Assembly (NCBI RefSeq): GCF_001194135.2
Contig: NC_069003.1
Span: 24,094,281 to 24,158,280, forward strand
DNA length: 64,000 bases
DNA from: Octopus bimaculoides
Taxonomy: Eukaryota
Direction of reading: 5' to 3'
The first letter of the stretch is position 1. Every line of letters starts with the position of its first letter. Position numbers and translations under genes: made by a program. The notes below the pieces were generated by a model. That model searched no databases. It was not told the DNA's origin and was given only the letters and a program-made list of their open reading frames with translations. This document shows positions 26,659-37,716 of the stretch, in pieces.

Positions 26659-27233
26659 CAGGGTGTCCACAAGGTCTGGATACATGGAGTAAATAAAATC
26701 ATAACATAAACAATTAAATATAAGAAATAATAATTTCTTAAAATATGTGTTGATCCCCATGTGGGTACATGGAGTAAATAAAATCACAACATAAACAATT
26801 AAATATAAGAAATAATAATTTCTTAAAATATGTGTTGATCCCCATGTGGGTACATGGAGTAAATGAAATCACAACATAAACAATTAAATATAAGAAATAA
26901 TAATTTCTTAAAATATGTGTTGATCCCCATGTGGGTANNNNNNNNNNNNNNNNNNNNNNNNNNNNNNNNNNNNNNNNNNNNNNNNNNNNNNNNNNNNNNN
27001 NNNNNNNNNNNNNAGAATATACAGGGTGTCCACAAGGTCTGGATACATGGAGTAAATAAAATCATAACATAAACAATTAAATATAAGAAATAATAATTTC
27101 TTAAAATATGTGTTGATCCCCATGTGGGTACATGGAGTAAATAAAATTATAACATAAACAATTAAATATAAGAAATAATAATTTCTTAAAGTATGTGTTA
27201 ATCCCCATGTACCCAGACTTTGTGGACACCCTG
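26659..27233. mobile_element. Tc1/mariner-type MITE with internal 85-bp tandem repeat
   Basis: ~29-bp TIR CAGGGTGTCCACAAGGTCTGGATACATGG / CCATGTACCCAGACTTTGTGGACACCCTG; 85-bp period (26763, 26848); a gap inside makes copy number unreliable. Confidence 0.8.
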
Positions 27234-28353
27234 GAGAATAGGTAAAATAGAATAGATATAAAATGGTGTTAGAGATGTAAGTATTGAGATAGGAGTGAGA
27301 TCAAAGTAAACAAAAAAAGAAATTAATTTTGAAAAGTCTAGAAAACCACCATCATCATCATCATCATCATCATCTTCATTTAACGTCCGCTTTCCATGCT
27401 GGCATGGGTTAGACAGTTTGACTGGAACTGGTAAGCCATAGAGCTGCACCAGGTTCCAGTCTGATTTGGTATGGTTTCTATGGCTGGATGCCCTTCCTAA
27501 TGCCAACCACTCCGAGAGTGTAATGGGTGCTTTTACGTGCCACCAGCACAGGTGCCATTTACACAACACTGATAACTGCCATGACTACAACTACGATTTC
27601 ACTTGGTTTGACAAGTCTTCTCAGCACAGCATCACCAAATGTCTTGGTCACATTCAAAGATCATACTATCAGCAACAGTCACAATTACAACTTCATGGGT
27701 GTCATTTACATGTCATTTACATGTCATTTACATGACACCGACAATGGCCGGCATGATGAGTCTTCTCAAGCACAACATATCACCGAAGGTCTCATTCACT
27801 TGTCATTGCCGCTGTGAGGTTCAACATTTGTAGATCATGCTTCGCCCTATCATCTCATGTCTTTCTGAGTCTACCTCTACCACAGATTCCCTCCACAGTT
27901 AGAGATCGGCACTTCTTCACACAGCTGTCCTCATCCATACGCATCACATGACCATGCCAGTGCAGTTGTCTCTCTTGCACACCGCATCTGATGCCTCTTA
28001 TGCCCGAAGTGAGATGCAGGAAGAGAGAAAAGGACTACTACTTCTAAAGCCCTTTACTTCCTATGGAGCCTGGGCAATCAACAGTTTCTCTCTATCGTTC
28101 TCAACTTTTCTGCTGCTCTGTAGTTGAATCCCTGTATTTTTACCTCTTCCTCAGGGCTTATTTTTAGGGTGTCATGTGACCACCCTCCATGCTGGCATGA
28201 GTTGGAGAGTCTGACAGGATCCAGTGAGCTGCATCAAGCTCCAAAGTCAGTCTTGGCTTGGTTTCTACAGCTGGATGCTTTTCCTAACACTAACCCCTTT
28301 ACATTTTCAAATAAAACTTGAGCAGTGTGAATGGTCAAATAAAAACTACTTAC

Positions 28354-28465
28354 ATTCTCAAATATATTTGTGCAATGTGAATCAGCACCAAACCAGTGTT
28401 CATATGGAGCCAGCCATTATTTTTTTGGATCTTCTCTGCATTGAACAAAAGTTTCAAGGCTATGT
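28354..28465 (-). CDS. Paralog B exon equivalent to A exon 8
   Basis: cctccag|ac ... gaat|gtaagt; IALKLLFNAEKIQKNNGWLHMNTGLVLIHIAQIYLR; 112 nt. Confidence 0.88.
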
Positions 28466-28511
28466 CTGGAGGTAAAATGAAAAATAACAAGTCAGAATCA
28501 CCCAGATAATA

Positions 28512-28863
28512 CAGTTCTATATTTAAGAGATGAGGAATTATTTACATTATTTACATTATTTACATTTGACGGATATTTGTCCTCATCTTGTTTGTTGTTA
28601 ACACAACGTTTCGGCTGATATACCCTCCAGCCTTCGTCAGGTGTCTTGGAGAAATTTCGAACCTGGGTTCTCCTTCCTAACGATGTTCCTATTATTATAT
28701 TATTATTATTATTATTATTACTATTATTAATCAGGCCGCTGCCATGAATCGAACTCGGAACCTTGGGGTTAGTAGCCCGCACTCTTAACCACTACGCCAT
28801 ATGCCCGTGTTAACAACAAACAAGATGAGGACAAATATCCGTCAAATGTAAATAATGTAAATA
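28512..28863 (-). mobile_element. tRNA-headed retroposon with Penelope-type hammerhead tail and inverted tail copy
   Basis: 12-bp TSD ACCCAGATAATA (28500-28511, 28864-28875); head with A box TGGCGTAGTGG and B box GAGTTCGATTC; tail with hammerhead core; inverted tail copy at 28809-28863. Confidence 0.8.
28600..28645 (-). ncRNA. Minimal type I hammerhead ribozyme motif
   Basis: GACAC-CUGACGA-A-GGCUG(loop)CAGCC-GAAA-C-GUU-GUGUU; 5-bp helix I, 5-bp helix II, palindromic ACGU helix III. Confidence 0.72.
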
Positions 28864-28925
28864 ACCCAGATAATAGTTTAGTCAATTTTAGATTTTTCTT
28901 ACAAGATTTAAAAATGTATACTTAC

Positions 28926-29069
28926 GGTGTTTCCCACAATTTTGAGACAGGACATTTGCTACATTGCAGTATGCTATCACAGATTTCTTAGGGTTTACAT
29001 TCACTATTTTTAGTCTTTCAACAAGGGAGGCATTATAAAAATGCAATGCTCGTTCCATTTGTGCACCAT
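28926..29069 (-). CDS. Paralog B exon equivalent to A exon 7
   Basis: ttctatag|at ... cacc|gtaagt; DGAQMERALHFYNASLVERLK...CNVANVLSQNCGKH; 25 of 48 residues identical to A by hand alignment; 144 nt. Confidence 0.9.
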
Positions 29070-30246
29070 CTATAGAAAGCAAAATGAAAATTATGTAAAT
29101 AATACGAGTTGCACAGATGAAACAAGTCCCTGTACGTTACAATGAAGGCAACCTCTGTAAGAAATCAACCGCTCCAATATAAAATTACTGAGGCTCAAGA
29201 CACTGACCCTTACGAAGGAGATGACTAAGGGCTGAGATATCTGGAAGACTGCTGTACTCATGAAGACCCATTTACCATAGCAGAATTGATACTGGTGCTG
29301 GTACCACATAAAAAAGCACTTGTGCTGGTTTCGTGTTAAAAAACACCCAGTACACTCTATGGGGCCATTGGTGTTAGGAAGGGCATCCAGCTGTGGAAAC
29401 CATGCCAGAACAGACAATAGAGCCTGGTGCTGCCCCTGGCTTTATCAGCTCTGGTCAAACCATCCAACCCATGCCAGCATGGAAAATGGAAATTAAATGA
29501 TGATGATGATGATGATTAGATTGAGATGAACTTTAGTTCTGTAATACAACTCTCTGATCCTGCTAGGTGCCAGTGTCATGTAAAAAGCACTGGTGCTGGT
29601 GCCACATAAAAAGCATCCAGTCCACACTGTAAAGTGGTTGGCATTTGGAAGGGCTTTCAGCCATAAAAACCATGCCAAAACTGACCTTGCATGTGCAGGT
29701 GCCACATAAAAAGCACTCAGTCCACCCTGCAGAGTGGTTGGTATTAGGAAGGGCAGCCAGTCATAAAAACTCTGTCCTGCCAAAACTGACACAGTAGCCG
29801 GCTCCTGTCAACCATCCTACCCATGCATGCATGGAAGACAAATGTTAAACGATGAGGATGGTGATGTACAGGGCTGACTGTTGGAAATATATGTATAACA
29901 TGTGATGAAGTATGGTGGTGAGACTTAGACATTGTACGTGGACATTAGAAAGAAATGAGTCCAACTTAATTCTCTGAATATGTCATATTTTTTGCATGGA
30001 AAAGTAGAATACAGGCAGAGTGAAGGAGTGGCTGGTTATTAAAGGCAACGGTTGATATATCCCAAGTACATTTATACTGGTGTGTCCTTGATGACTCACA
30101 ATGAGGATTGGTGCTACTACTCTGCACTGAAACAACTCATATAACAACCAGAAACAGACATGTTCCAGCCTCTAACCCACATGTCTGTTGTCTCCTATTA
30201 CAATTATTTTTCTATTGCTACTATAATGGCTTCTGATTCTCCAAGG

Positions 30247-31002
30247 CAGTGGTTCTCAATTAGGGTTGATATAACCCCTGAAGGTGTTATAAGAATTTTG
30301 GGGGCCCACGCAACCTCATAGTAAATTGGGGATCCACAATAAAGGCCCTGAAAAAAATTTTGCTTTAGATATATCTATTGTAAAAAACAGCTAAGTTTCC
30401 GTCTCTAACATCTTACATAGTTCAACCTACACAAGTTAATGTGTGGTAAACAAAATAGGAATTTTGAAAGAAGTTTCTATAAAACTAGTTCTTGAACATT
30501 GAATGGCTATGGGGGTCCAATGGAATAAAATAGTAATCAAAGGGGTCCGTAGATAAGAAATAGTTGAGAACCCCTGCATTATATGTATGTATTGCAAGAA
30601 ACAGCTAGGATTCTTTCTCTAACATTTTTACATAGATCAACTTACACTGTGTGAAAAACAAAATAAGAATTTTGAAAGAAGTTTCTATAAAACTAGTTCT
30701 TAAACATTGAACAGCTATGGGGATTTACCAGAATAAAATAGTAATCTGGCAAAGGTGGTGAGCTGGCGTAAACGTTAGCATGCCGGGTGAAATGCTTAGC
30801 AGTATTTTCGTCTGTCTTTATGTTCTGAGTTCAAATTCCACCAAGGTCGACTTTGCTTTTCATCTTTTCAATGTAATCGACTTAATCCGTTTGTCTGTCC
30901 TTGTTTGTCCCCTCTATGTGTAGCCCCTTGTGGGCAATAAGGAAATAAGAATAAAATAGTAATCAAAGGGGTCCATAGATAAAAAATGGTTGAAAACCCC
31001 TG
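30247..31002. mobile_element. hAT-type MITE with duplicated 3' part and nested SINE
   Basis: CAGTGGTTCTCAA...TTGAAAACCCCTG; 8-bp TSD ctccaagg/ctctaagg; internal extra end at 30576; SINE 30747-30947 with 17-bp TSD agaataaaatagtaatc. Confidence 0.82.
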
Positions 31003-31904
31003 CTCTAAGGTGATACAACGATAACAGGATTTAAGATTTGTTTGTTAGAAAGATAAGGTCATAACATATTTTCCAGCATAAAAGTCAATGTAATACATAA
31101 TGCAAACATGTAGAATAAATATTCAAACATTGTCCCTGTCTTTCCAAATCCTGCTGCATTCCACATGCAGGTTTTTGGTTCCAGAAAGAAAGCTGTCAAT
31201 TTTGATCTGAAAAATTTCAACTTGTACTCTTTTATTCTTTAGCCATTTGACTTCTGCCATGCTAGAACACTACCTTAAAAGGGTTTTAGTCGAAGAGATC
31301 GCCCCCACCCCCGCTACCCCGAGGACTGATTCTTTGAGAAGTCTAGTAATTATTCTATCAGTCACTTTTGCTGAACAGCTAAGTTACAGGATGTAAACAC
31401 ACCAAAACGAGTTGTGAAGCAGTGATCGGGGGGGGGGGAGCACAAACACAGACACAAAGACACACACACACACAGATATATACACACATATATATATATA
31501 TATTTATATAAGGGCATTACTATACATGAATGCCCTTATATAAATAAATATATTTTAGGGAATAAATGATGGATTTTTCCCTTATGAGGTTTTTTTCACG
31601 CTAGCTACTTGATAAATTCTTATGAAAGACTTTATCCTATTATTGAATTATACATACATATATATACATATACGACAGAACTATACTACATAATCTTCTC
31701 TAAGGATAAATTGATCAACAAAGTAAAGAATAATGCTCTGAAATGTATGCATATCATAAGAAGTACGTTTCGTTGGTATAAATGATCTTAGGATGTGAGG
31801 AAGTACAACATGATATCTCATGTATGTTTGTGTATGTGTAGTTATATGGATGAGTGCATATAAGTGTGTGTATATATGTGTATCTGAACGGAGATAAGGA
31901 TACG

Positions 31905-31949
<45 letters not shown>

Positions 31950-32060
31950 AAGTGCGTATATGTATAGGTGTGTGTGTGTGTATGTATATATATATGTGTA
32001 TATATGTATATGTATGTATATGTATATGTGTATGTATGTGTATATATATGTGTATATACG

Positions 32061-32103
<43 letters not shown>

Positions 32104-32571
32104 ATATATATGTATGTATGTGTATGTATGTATATGGGTGTATATATATACGGGTAAAGAAAGGAACGGGTAATATAGTATAGTACAACACAATTAATTG
32201 TTTGATCTCCAAATACAATGTAAATAAGTGACTCTACCAAATTAAGGGTAGAAATAAAAGTAAGAACTGAGAACAAAATAAATAACTAAGCATTTAGTAG
32301 GAAGAGATGAGGGTCAAGTTTTTTTATATGAAAACCATAGAAAAAAATGGTAATAGCAAAGAATGATAAAATATCAAAATATTAATAATTTTTTTTAGTA
32401 AAGGGGCTTAGGAGGTTTGTTGGCTGAACTGTGATCTCTCTTAGCAAAGTAAAGAGACCTAACAATAATANNNNNNNNNNNNNNNNNNNNNNNNNNNNNN
32501 NNNNNNNNNNNNNNNNNNNNNNNNNNNNNNNNNNNNNNNNNNNNNNNNNNNNNNNNNNNNNNNNNNNNNNA

Positions 32572-32609
<38 letters not shown>

Positions 32610-32617
32610 CATATATA

Positions 32618-32850
32618 CGGGGTGTGGTGAATAAATTGTCTTCTAAATTATGCAAAAATGAAAATAACACTGACATCTCATTTTAACAGATATATTTACC
32701 AAAATTGCATAAAAATATCTTGAAATACTAAAGAGTAAATTTATTCAATAAAATCGCCATTGGCTTCAACAACGGCCACCAGATGACTTCAGAATCCCCT
32801 GCAACTCTTCTGGATGGTCTCCTTGTTTAAGTTGGTGAATGCTGCCTCCA
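32618..32850 (-). mobile_element. maT-like 3' end with TIR
   Basis: AAFTNLNKETIQKSCRGF*SHLVAVVEANGDFIE* (typical maT C-terminus); terminus TA|CGGGGTG. Confidence 0.75.
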
Positions 32851-33503
32851 CCGTTAGACAAATAAACATTACAAACTTATCAACGAATGAAATTATTATC
32901 AGTTGTTTTGCAGAATGGGCAAAGAGACAGTGAAATTAAATAGAGAGATAAAAAGATAACACTTTGTCACACGATTTTCATGTTTGAGTAGCAATTATTT
33001 CCTATTTACTTACCCCTAGAAAGTATGAAAAATGGCTAATATTTCCTTTAAACTTTGCTTTTGTTACATTTAGTCAGACCCTAAAGAATCCCTCTCAACA
33101 TATGGCTATAATGCTCCCCCCCCCTCTAATCCTCACATGTTCAAGTGTTTAAGGTCAAGTAAATCTGTGGTATTGGGCAGAATATTTACTATAACAATAT
33201 TTCTGCTTCAGCAACTCAGCACTGGATTTGTGTGAAATGTAATGGAAAGTAGGTCAGTTTCAAAACAATGATGTCCATATGGCAAAAGCAAAGTTTGAAG
33301 GGAATAGTAGTCATTTCCTTTGTTTTCTAGACAGAAGCAAATAGGAAATAAAACACTTACTGACCAAAGACAAAAAATAAATAAATGAATAAATAAAATT
33401 TTGTTATACAGTGTAATTAGACAAAAAGAGTGAGACAAACTGATAGACTGATAAATTGATAAGCTTTTGAACTTGTTCTAATGTTATGTTTCTAATATGA
33501 CAG

Positions 33504-34529
33504 GTCTGTCAAGAACTGAAGGATGAACTTAACCCTGAAAGACTCCACATAAAACACATCCATATTTCTAATAATAGCAGTTGGTCTGATATTTCCAACA
33601 TGTACAATACATTCACCAATTGTTCCAGTATCAGCAATACTAAATGGAAAATTTGTATTTTTGATGATTTCCAGAACATTCAAGAAAGCTTTCTTCCAGA
33701 TTTCCAGGAACTTTGTGACAATGACTTTCCAATGCACATAAATCTGAAAATCATTCTCATATTAAGTGGTGGAAAACCATTTCAGTTTGATGCAATCAAT
33801 TTTGGAGAGTGTAAAGTGAGTCCATTGTCCATTAAAGAAGGACAGTTTCTTTTCTGTCGCTGTTCAAACATTGAGAAAGATGATGAAAATGAAGAGCAAA
33901 TACACAACATCATCAGATATGCCTGTGGCCTGCCAGGACTTCTTATTTACTATGCAGAAAAAATCTCCCAATTTCATCATCATTTCTCTTTTGATGATAT
34001 CTACAAAATGATTTGTGATGAAACCAGCATCAATGATTTGCTGGATGAATGTACAATTAATAGACGTAATATTAAACAAGAAATGGACAAATATTTTTCT
34101 CAACTCTCTCACAAACAGTTAGAAGCTCTCAAATTGCTTTCATATTTTCCTGGAAGATTTGGTATCGAGGAAGCTGTTGAAATGACTGATTCTTCTAGTC
34201 AACCAGCTTCCAAGATGCATGTTCTGATGCCGCTTGTCGAACAAGGTTTGATCAATTCAGATTTAGAATTACAGAATTTCCAAGTACAAGAATTAATACG
34301 TGCAATTACTAAACAACAGATAGACAATGTACACAGCAATGATTTGGTAAAGCTCAAATATACAAACATTATTGGGAAAAGTTTGATGAAGGCTCAAAAT
34401 ATTTATGATAAAGGTCTCATACATGAAGCACTTGGAATAATGAGCAATAACTGGGAAAATATTACATTTATTTTGAAGAGAGGGATTGATGCCCCTTCAG
34501 ATGGTAGGACATATGGAGTTTATTATGAG
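33504..34529 (+). CDS. Gene A exon 2: NB-ARC core, HD1, winged helix and first TPR helices (342 codons)
   Basis: gacag|gtc acceptor, gag|gtaagt donor. Walker B KICIFDDFQ; RNBS-C-like SPLSIKEGQFLF; GLPL-like IIRYACGLPGLL; RNBS-D-like LKLLSYFPGRF; LVEQGLI; MHD-equivalent FQVQELIR. Confidence 0.92.
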
Positions 34530-35119
34530 GTAAGTTTTTTGTCTTTCACCCTTTTGGGGTCAAAAAATAAATACCAGTTAAATACCATTCAACGCTGTAT
34601 TTGTAATGCTATTGGTCCTGATCTATCTTCTAAATTGGATTCACTCTCTCATCATCATCATCATCATCATGTGACTTCCTTGTCCCCTTTCTACAGGTAT
34701 TTCCATGGACATTGTTCAGCTGAGCTCTCCTCTCTGGTTCCTCCATTAAAAACTTATCAGCGATCAACTAGACTTGTATCCATCAGTATACTGTGCAACC
34801 TCCTAAGCGCCATAAAGCACTTAGAATACCTTAGGAATGAGAACCCAGGTTTGAAATTTCCCCCAAGACACCTGAAAAAGACTGGAGGGTATATCATCCG
34901 AAATGTTGTGTTAACAACAAACAAGATGAGGACAAATATCTGTCAAATGTAAATAATGTACATAATTCCTCATCTCTTAAATATAGAACTGAATCAACTC
35001 GAGTTCTTATTTTTTAAGCATGGTTCTTATTCTATCAGTCTCTTTTGCCAAACTGCTAAGTTACAGAGATGTTAACACACACCAGTTGCCAAGGGTGATA
35101 GGGGGACAAACACAGACAT

Positions 35120-35172
<53 letters not shown>

Positions 35173-35633
35173 TATATATATACACATATATATATACAAT
35201 AGGCTTCTTTCAGTTTCCATCTACCAAATCTATTCACAAGGCTTTGGTTGGCTCGAGGCTATAGTAGATGACATTTGCCTAAGGTATCATGCAGTGGGAC
35301 TGAACCTGGAATCATGTGGTTGGGAGGCAAACTTCTTGCCACACAGCCACTCCTGTGCCTACACAGCCACTCCTGCTATAATCCAAACATTAGTTTGAAT
35401 TACTCATGCATTATCTTGTAGGTTTCAGATTTCTATGAAATGATTGTTTATTTCTAGAATGATAAATGTTAGGTAGGTGTGAATGATAGGTTTCAATATA
35501 GCACAGGAAGAACATTTGAGCCGGATACGGCCAATTTAAATGGTAATGGGCTAATCATGATTAGTCTGTCAGCAGCCATTGTTTGTGGTGTTTGTTGTCT
35601 TATTAAATCATAGCAAGACAGTGAGATGCTTAA

Positions 35634-36492
35634 CCCTTTAGCATTGAAATCGACCATATCAGGCCCAAATATTGATTACAAGTTTTGGCACAAAGCTAGC
35701 AATTTTGGGGGAGGGGTAAATCAATTAGATTGATCCCAGGTTTCAGCTAGTACTGTTTTGATTGACCCCAAAAGGATAAAAGGCAAAGTTGACCTTGGTA
35801 GCATTTGAACTCAGAATGTAAAGACAGATGGAATACTGCTAAGCATTTAGCCTGGTGCCGTAACAGTTCTGCCAGCTCGCCACCTTTATCAGGCCCAAAT
35901 AATGTACATTGTTTTATGCTCAAACTGGCCAGCTTCAGCCTCTTGCACCTATCCTACAATGCCTTGTGCCTTTAACCCTCCAACGCGAAGTATAGGCCAC
36001 TTATAATTGAATTCCATGTCGCATAATTTCTCGCTTCTGTACTTATACTCTGCCATGAATGTCCCCCCTTTCTCTAGTTCCTTTTGTGTTGATCTATGCC
36101 ACGAGTTCTTAGGCCTACCCCTCTTTCTATATCCATCCGGTTTCCACTGTAAAGCACTTTTTGCTGCATTTGGTGGGTCCTTTCTAATTGTGCTACCAAT
36201 CCACTTTCACTTTTTCTTAAATATTTGTTCTCTAATCAGAGCTTGATTTGTTCTTTGCCATAACTCCATATTGCTTATGTGTTCGGGCCATCTGATTTTA
36301 AGTATACTACGCAAGCACCTGTTGATGAATGATTGTATTTGCTTATTTGATTTAACTATCCTACAATGCCATTCTGAAAATAGATAATCACATCATTAAC
36401 ATTTTGAAGCTACAAGGTAAAAACATGATTAATTCAAAATTCAAAACAAAATATATAAGCATTACATAGAAAATAATCTGAATGTGAAAGGG
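35634..36492. mobile_element. TTAA-flanked piggyBac-type MITE carrying a SINE and an RTE fragment
   Basis: TTAA|CCCTTTAGCATT...AATGTGAAAGGG|TTAA; SINE 35672-35886 with 15-bp TSD tatcaggcccaaata; RTE 35964-36355 with 15-bp TSD ctatcctacaatgcc. Confidence 0.78.
35964..36355 (-). mobile_element. RTE-clade LINE 3' end
   Basis: LRSILKIRWPEHISNMELW...KWKWIGSTIR...RKRGRPKNSW; 15-bp TSD. Confidence 0.85.
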
Positions 36493-36642
36493 TTAAAGGG
36501 TATTAGTAAAAAAAAAAGGGAGCAAGAGTTAAATAAAGTCTGAGAATCACAGACCCCTATCTATAAGCCACTGTGATACATGTGTTGTGCACTATTTTTG
36601 TGTCTTAGTTGCTTCTCAAATTTTTTTTTTTTTGATTTTCAG

Positions 36643-36799
36643 ATAGCCACAAAAGCTTCACAAATACTTTGGTTATGTTACCCAACAGAATCACAGGATT
36701 TTCTCTTGGCATGTCTACAAAATTCCATGTTATTTGGCAATGAAGAAGAGAAGGCACTTATGAATATAGCATATGGTATATCTTTGACAAATTTACCTG
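36643..36799 (+). CDS. Gene A exon 3 (IATKASQILW...GISLTNLP)
   Basis: tttcag|ata acceptor, cctg|gtatga donor; phase 0 to 1, open frame, 157 nt. Confidence 0.8.
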
Positions 36800-37184
36800 G
36801 TATGATATATTTATTAGTATATGTCTATATCTGTCTGTCTGTTTGTTAACTTTTACAAGGAATACATTGGTAGAAACTTGCAAGTTTTGACTTTCTTATC
36901 TTCATCAGAGTATGATTTACTTTGGTTCTTTTCAGCTTATACAGTCCCTGGCAATGTTTTTTTTCAGAGATGGGGCAATATCAATGCTAATTAGGTGTGG
37001 CGTAGGTATACAGGGGAATTATGTGGGAAGTGGGGGAGAATATAAGAGGATAGGAGAAAAGTATGTATTTATAGTGTGTGAATTTATAGAGAGGTATGGT
37101 GAGGAGATTTATTTTGGTTTGATATCGGAATTTTGTTATTGTTTAGGCTTCAGTCAAGCATGGCAGTAAACATTTTCTTAGCAT

Positions 37185-37581
37185 AAGTGCAGGTATGATT
37201 GTGTGGCAAGAAGCTTGCTTCCCAACCATATGGTTCTGCATTCAGTCTCACTGTGTGGCACCTTGGGCAAGTGTCCTCTATTATAGCCTCAGGTCAACCA
37301 AAGCCTTGTGAGTGGATTTGGGAGATGGAAACTGAAAGAAGCCCATTGTGTATATATGTATATATCTATGTGTGTGTGTGTGTGTCTTTGTGTCTGTGTT
37401 TGTCACCCCATCACCACTTGAAAACATGTCTTGGTGTGTTCATGTCCCCGTAACTTAGCAGTTTAGCAAAAGATACTGATAGAATAAGTACTATGCTTCA
37501 AAAATAAGTCCAGTGGGGGGAGGGGGCGAAGGTGGTGCTCCAGCTTGGCCACAGTCAAGTAACTGAAACAAGTAAAAGAAT
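37185..37581 (+). mobile_element. tRNA-derived SINE family (GGCTGTGTGGTAAGAAGCTTG head, internal microsatellite, ...GACTGAAACAAGTAAAAG tail); many full or partial copies (e.g. 3818, 12270, 15940, 18443, 20683, 35010, 45572, 47020, 51952, 54178, 63540)
   Basis: A box TGGCTGTGTGG, B box GGTTCAGTCCC, repeated head and tail blocks on both strands; many gaps fall in its internal microsatellite. Confidence 0.85.
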
Positions 37582-37716
37582 AAAAAAAATAGAATAAACT
37601 GAGGTTGAATTTGCTGTTGGTGTCATTAGATTTCTATCAAGATATTTTAAGCTCTGTATTTTGGGAAGGTTTGCATTGAGGATGTTAGTATATACATTTA
37701 TCAGAGCTTTCTAATC

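Larger units (their letters stand above)
11450..32570. other. Block bounded by the only two exactly 100-N gaps (11450-11549, 32471-32570), probable scaffold joins
   Basis: The other gaps I counted differ (10, 76, 115, 117, 159, 167 or several hundred N). Confidence 0.75.

Noticed and set aside
27014-27060. Second MITE left end after the gap
   Set aside because: Identical to 26651 onward including the flank, so probably contig overlap rather than a second insertion.
28740-28808. tRNA gene with apparent ACT anticodon
   Set aside because: Acceptor and anticodon stems pair poorly, and it lies inside a TSD-bounded retroposon; treated as a SINE head.
31100-31210. Minus-strand frame containing AAGFGKT, a possible second Walker A exon
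   Set aside because: Lacks the G/A at motif position 1, the preceding beta-strand and a usable donor; likely chance.
29070-32470. Search for paralog B exons 1-6
   Set aside because: Only repeats and frames with stops found; no TPR- or NB-ARC-like exon supported.
34530-34952. C-terminal ~108 aa of the listed 450-aa ORF (including a His run)
   Set aside because: Read-through past the gag|gtaagt donor into intron, (CAT)n repeat and a hammerhead-tail repeat; the real frame continues at 36643.
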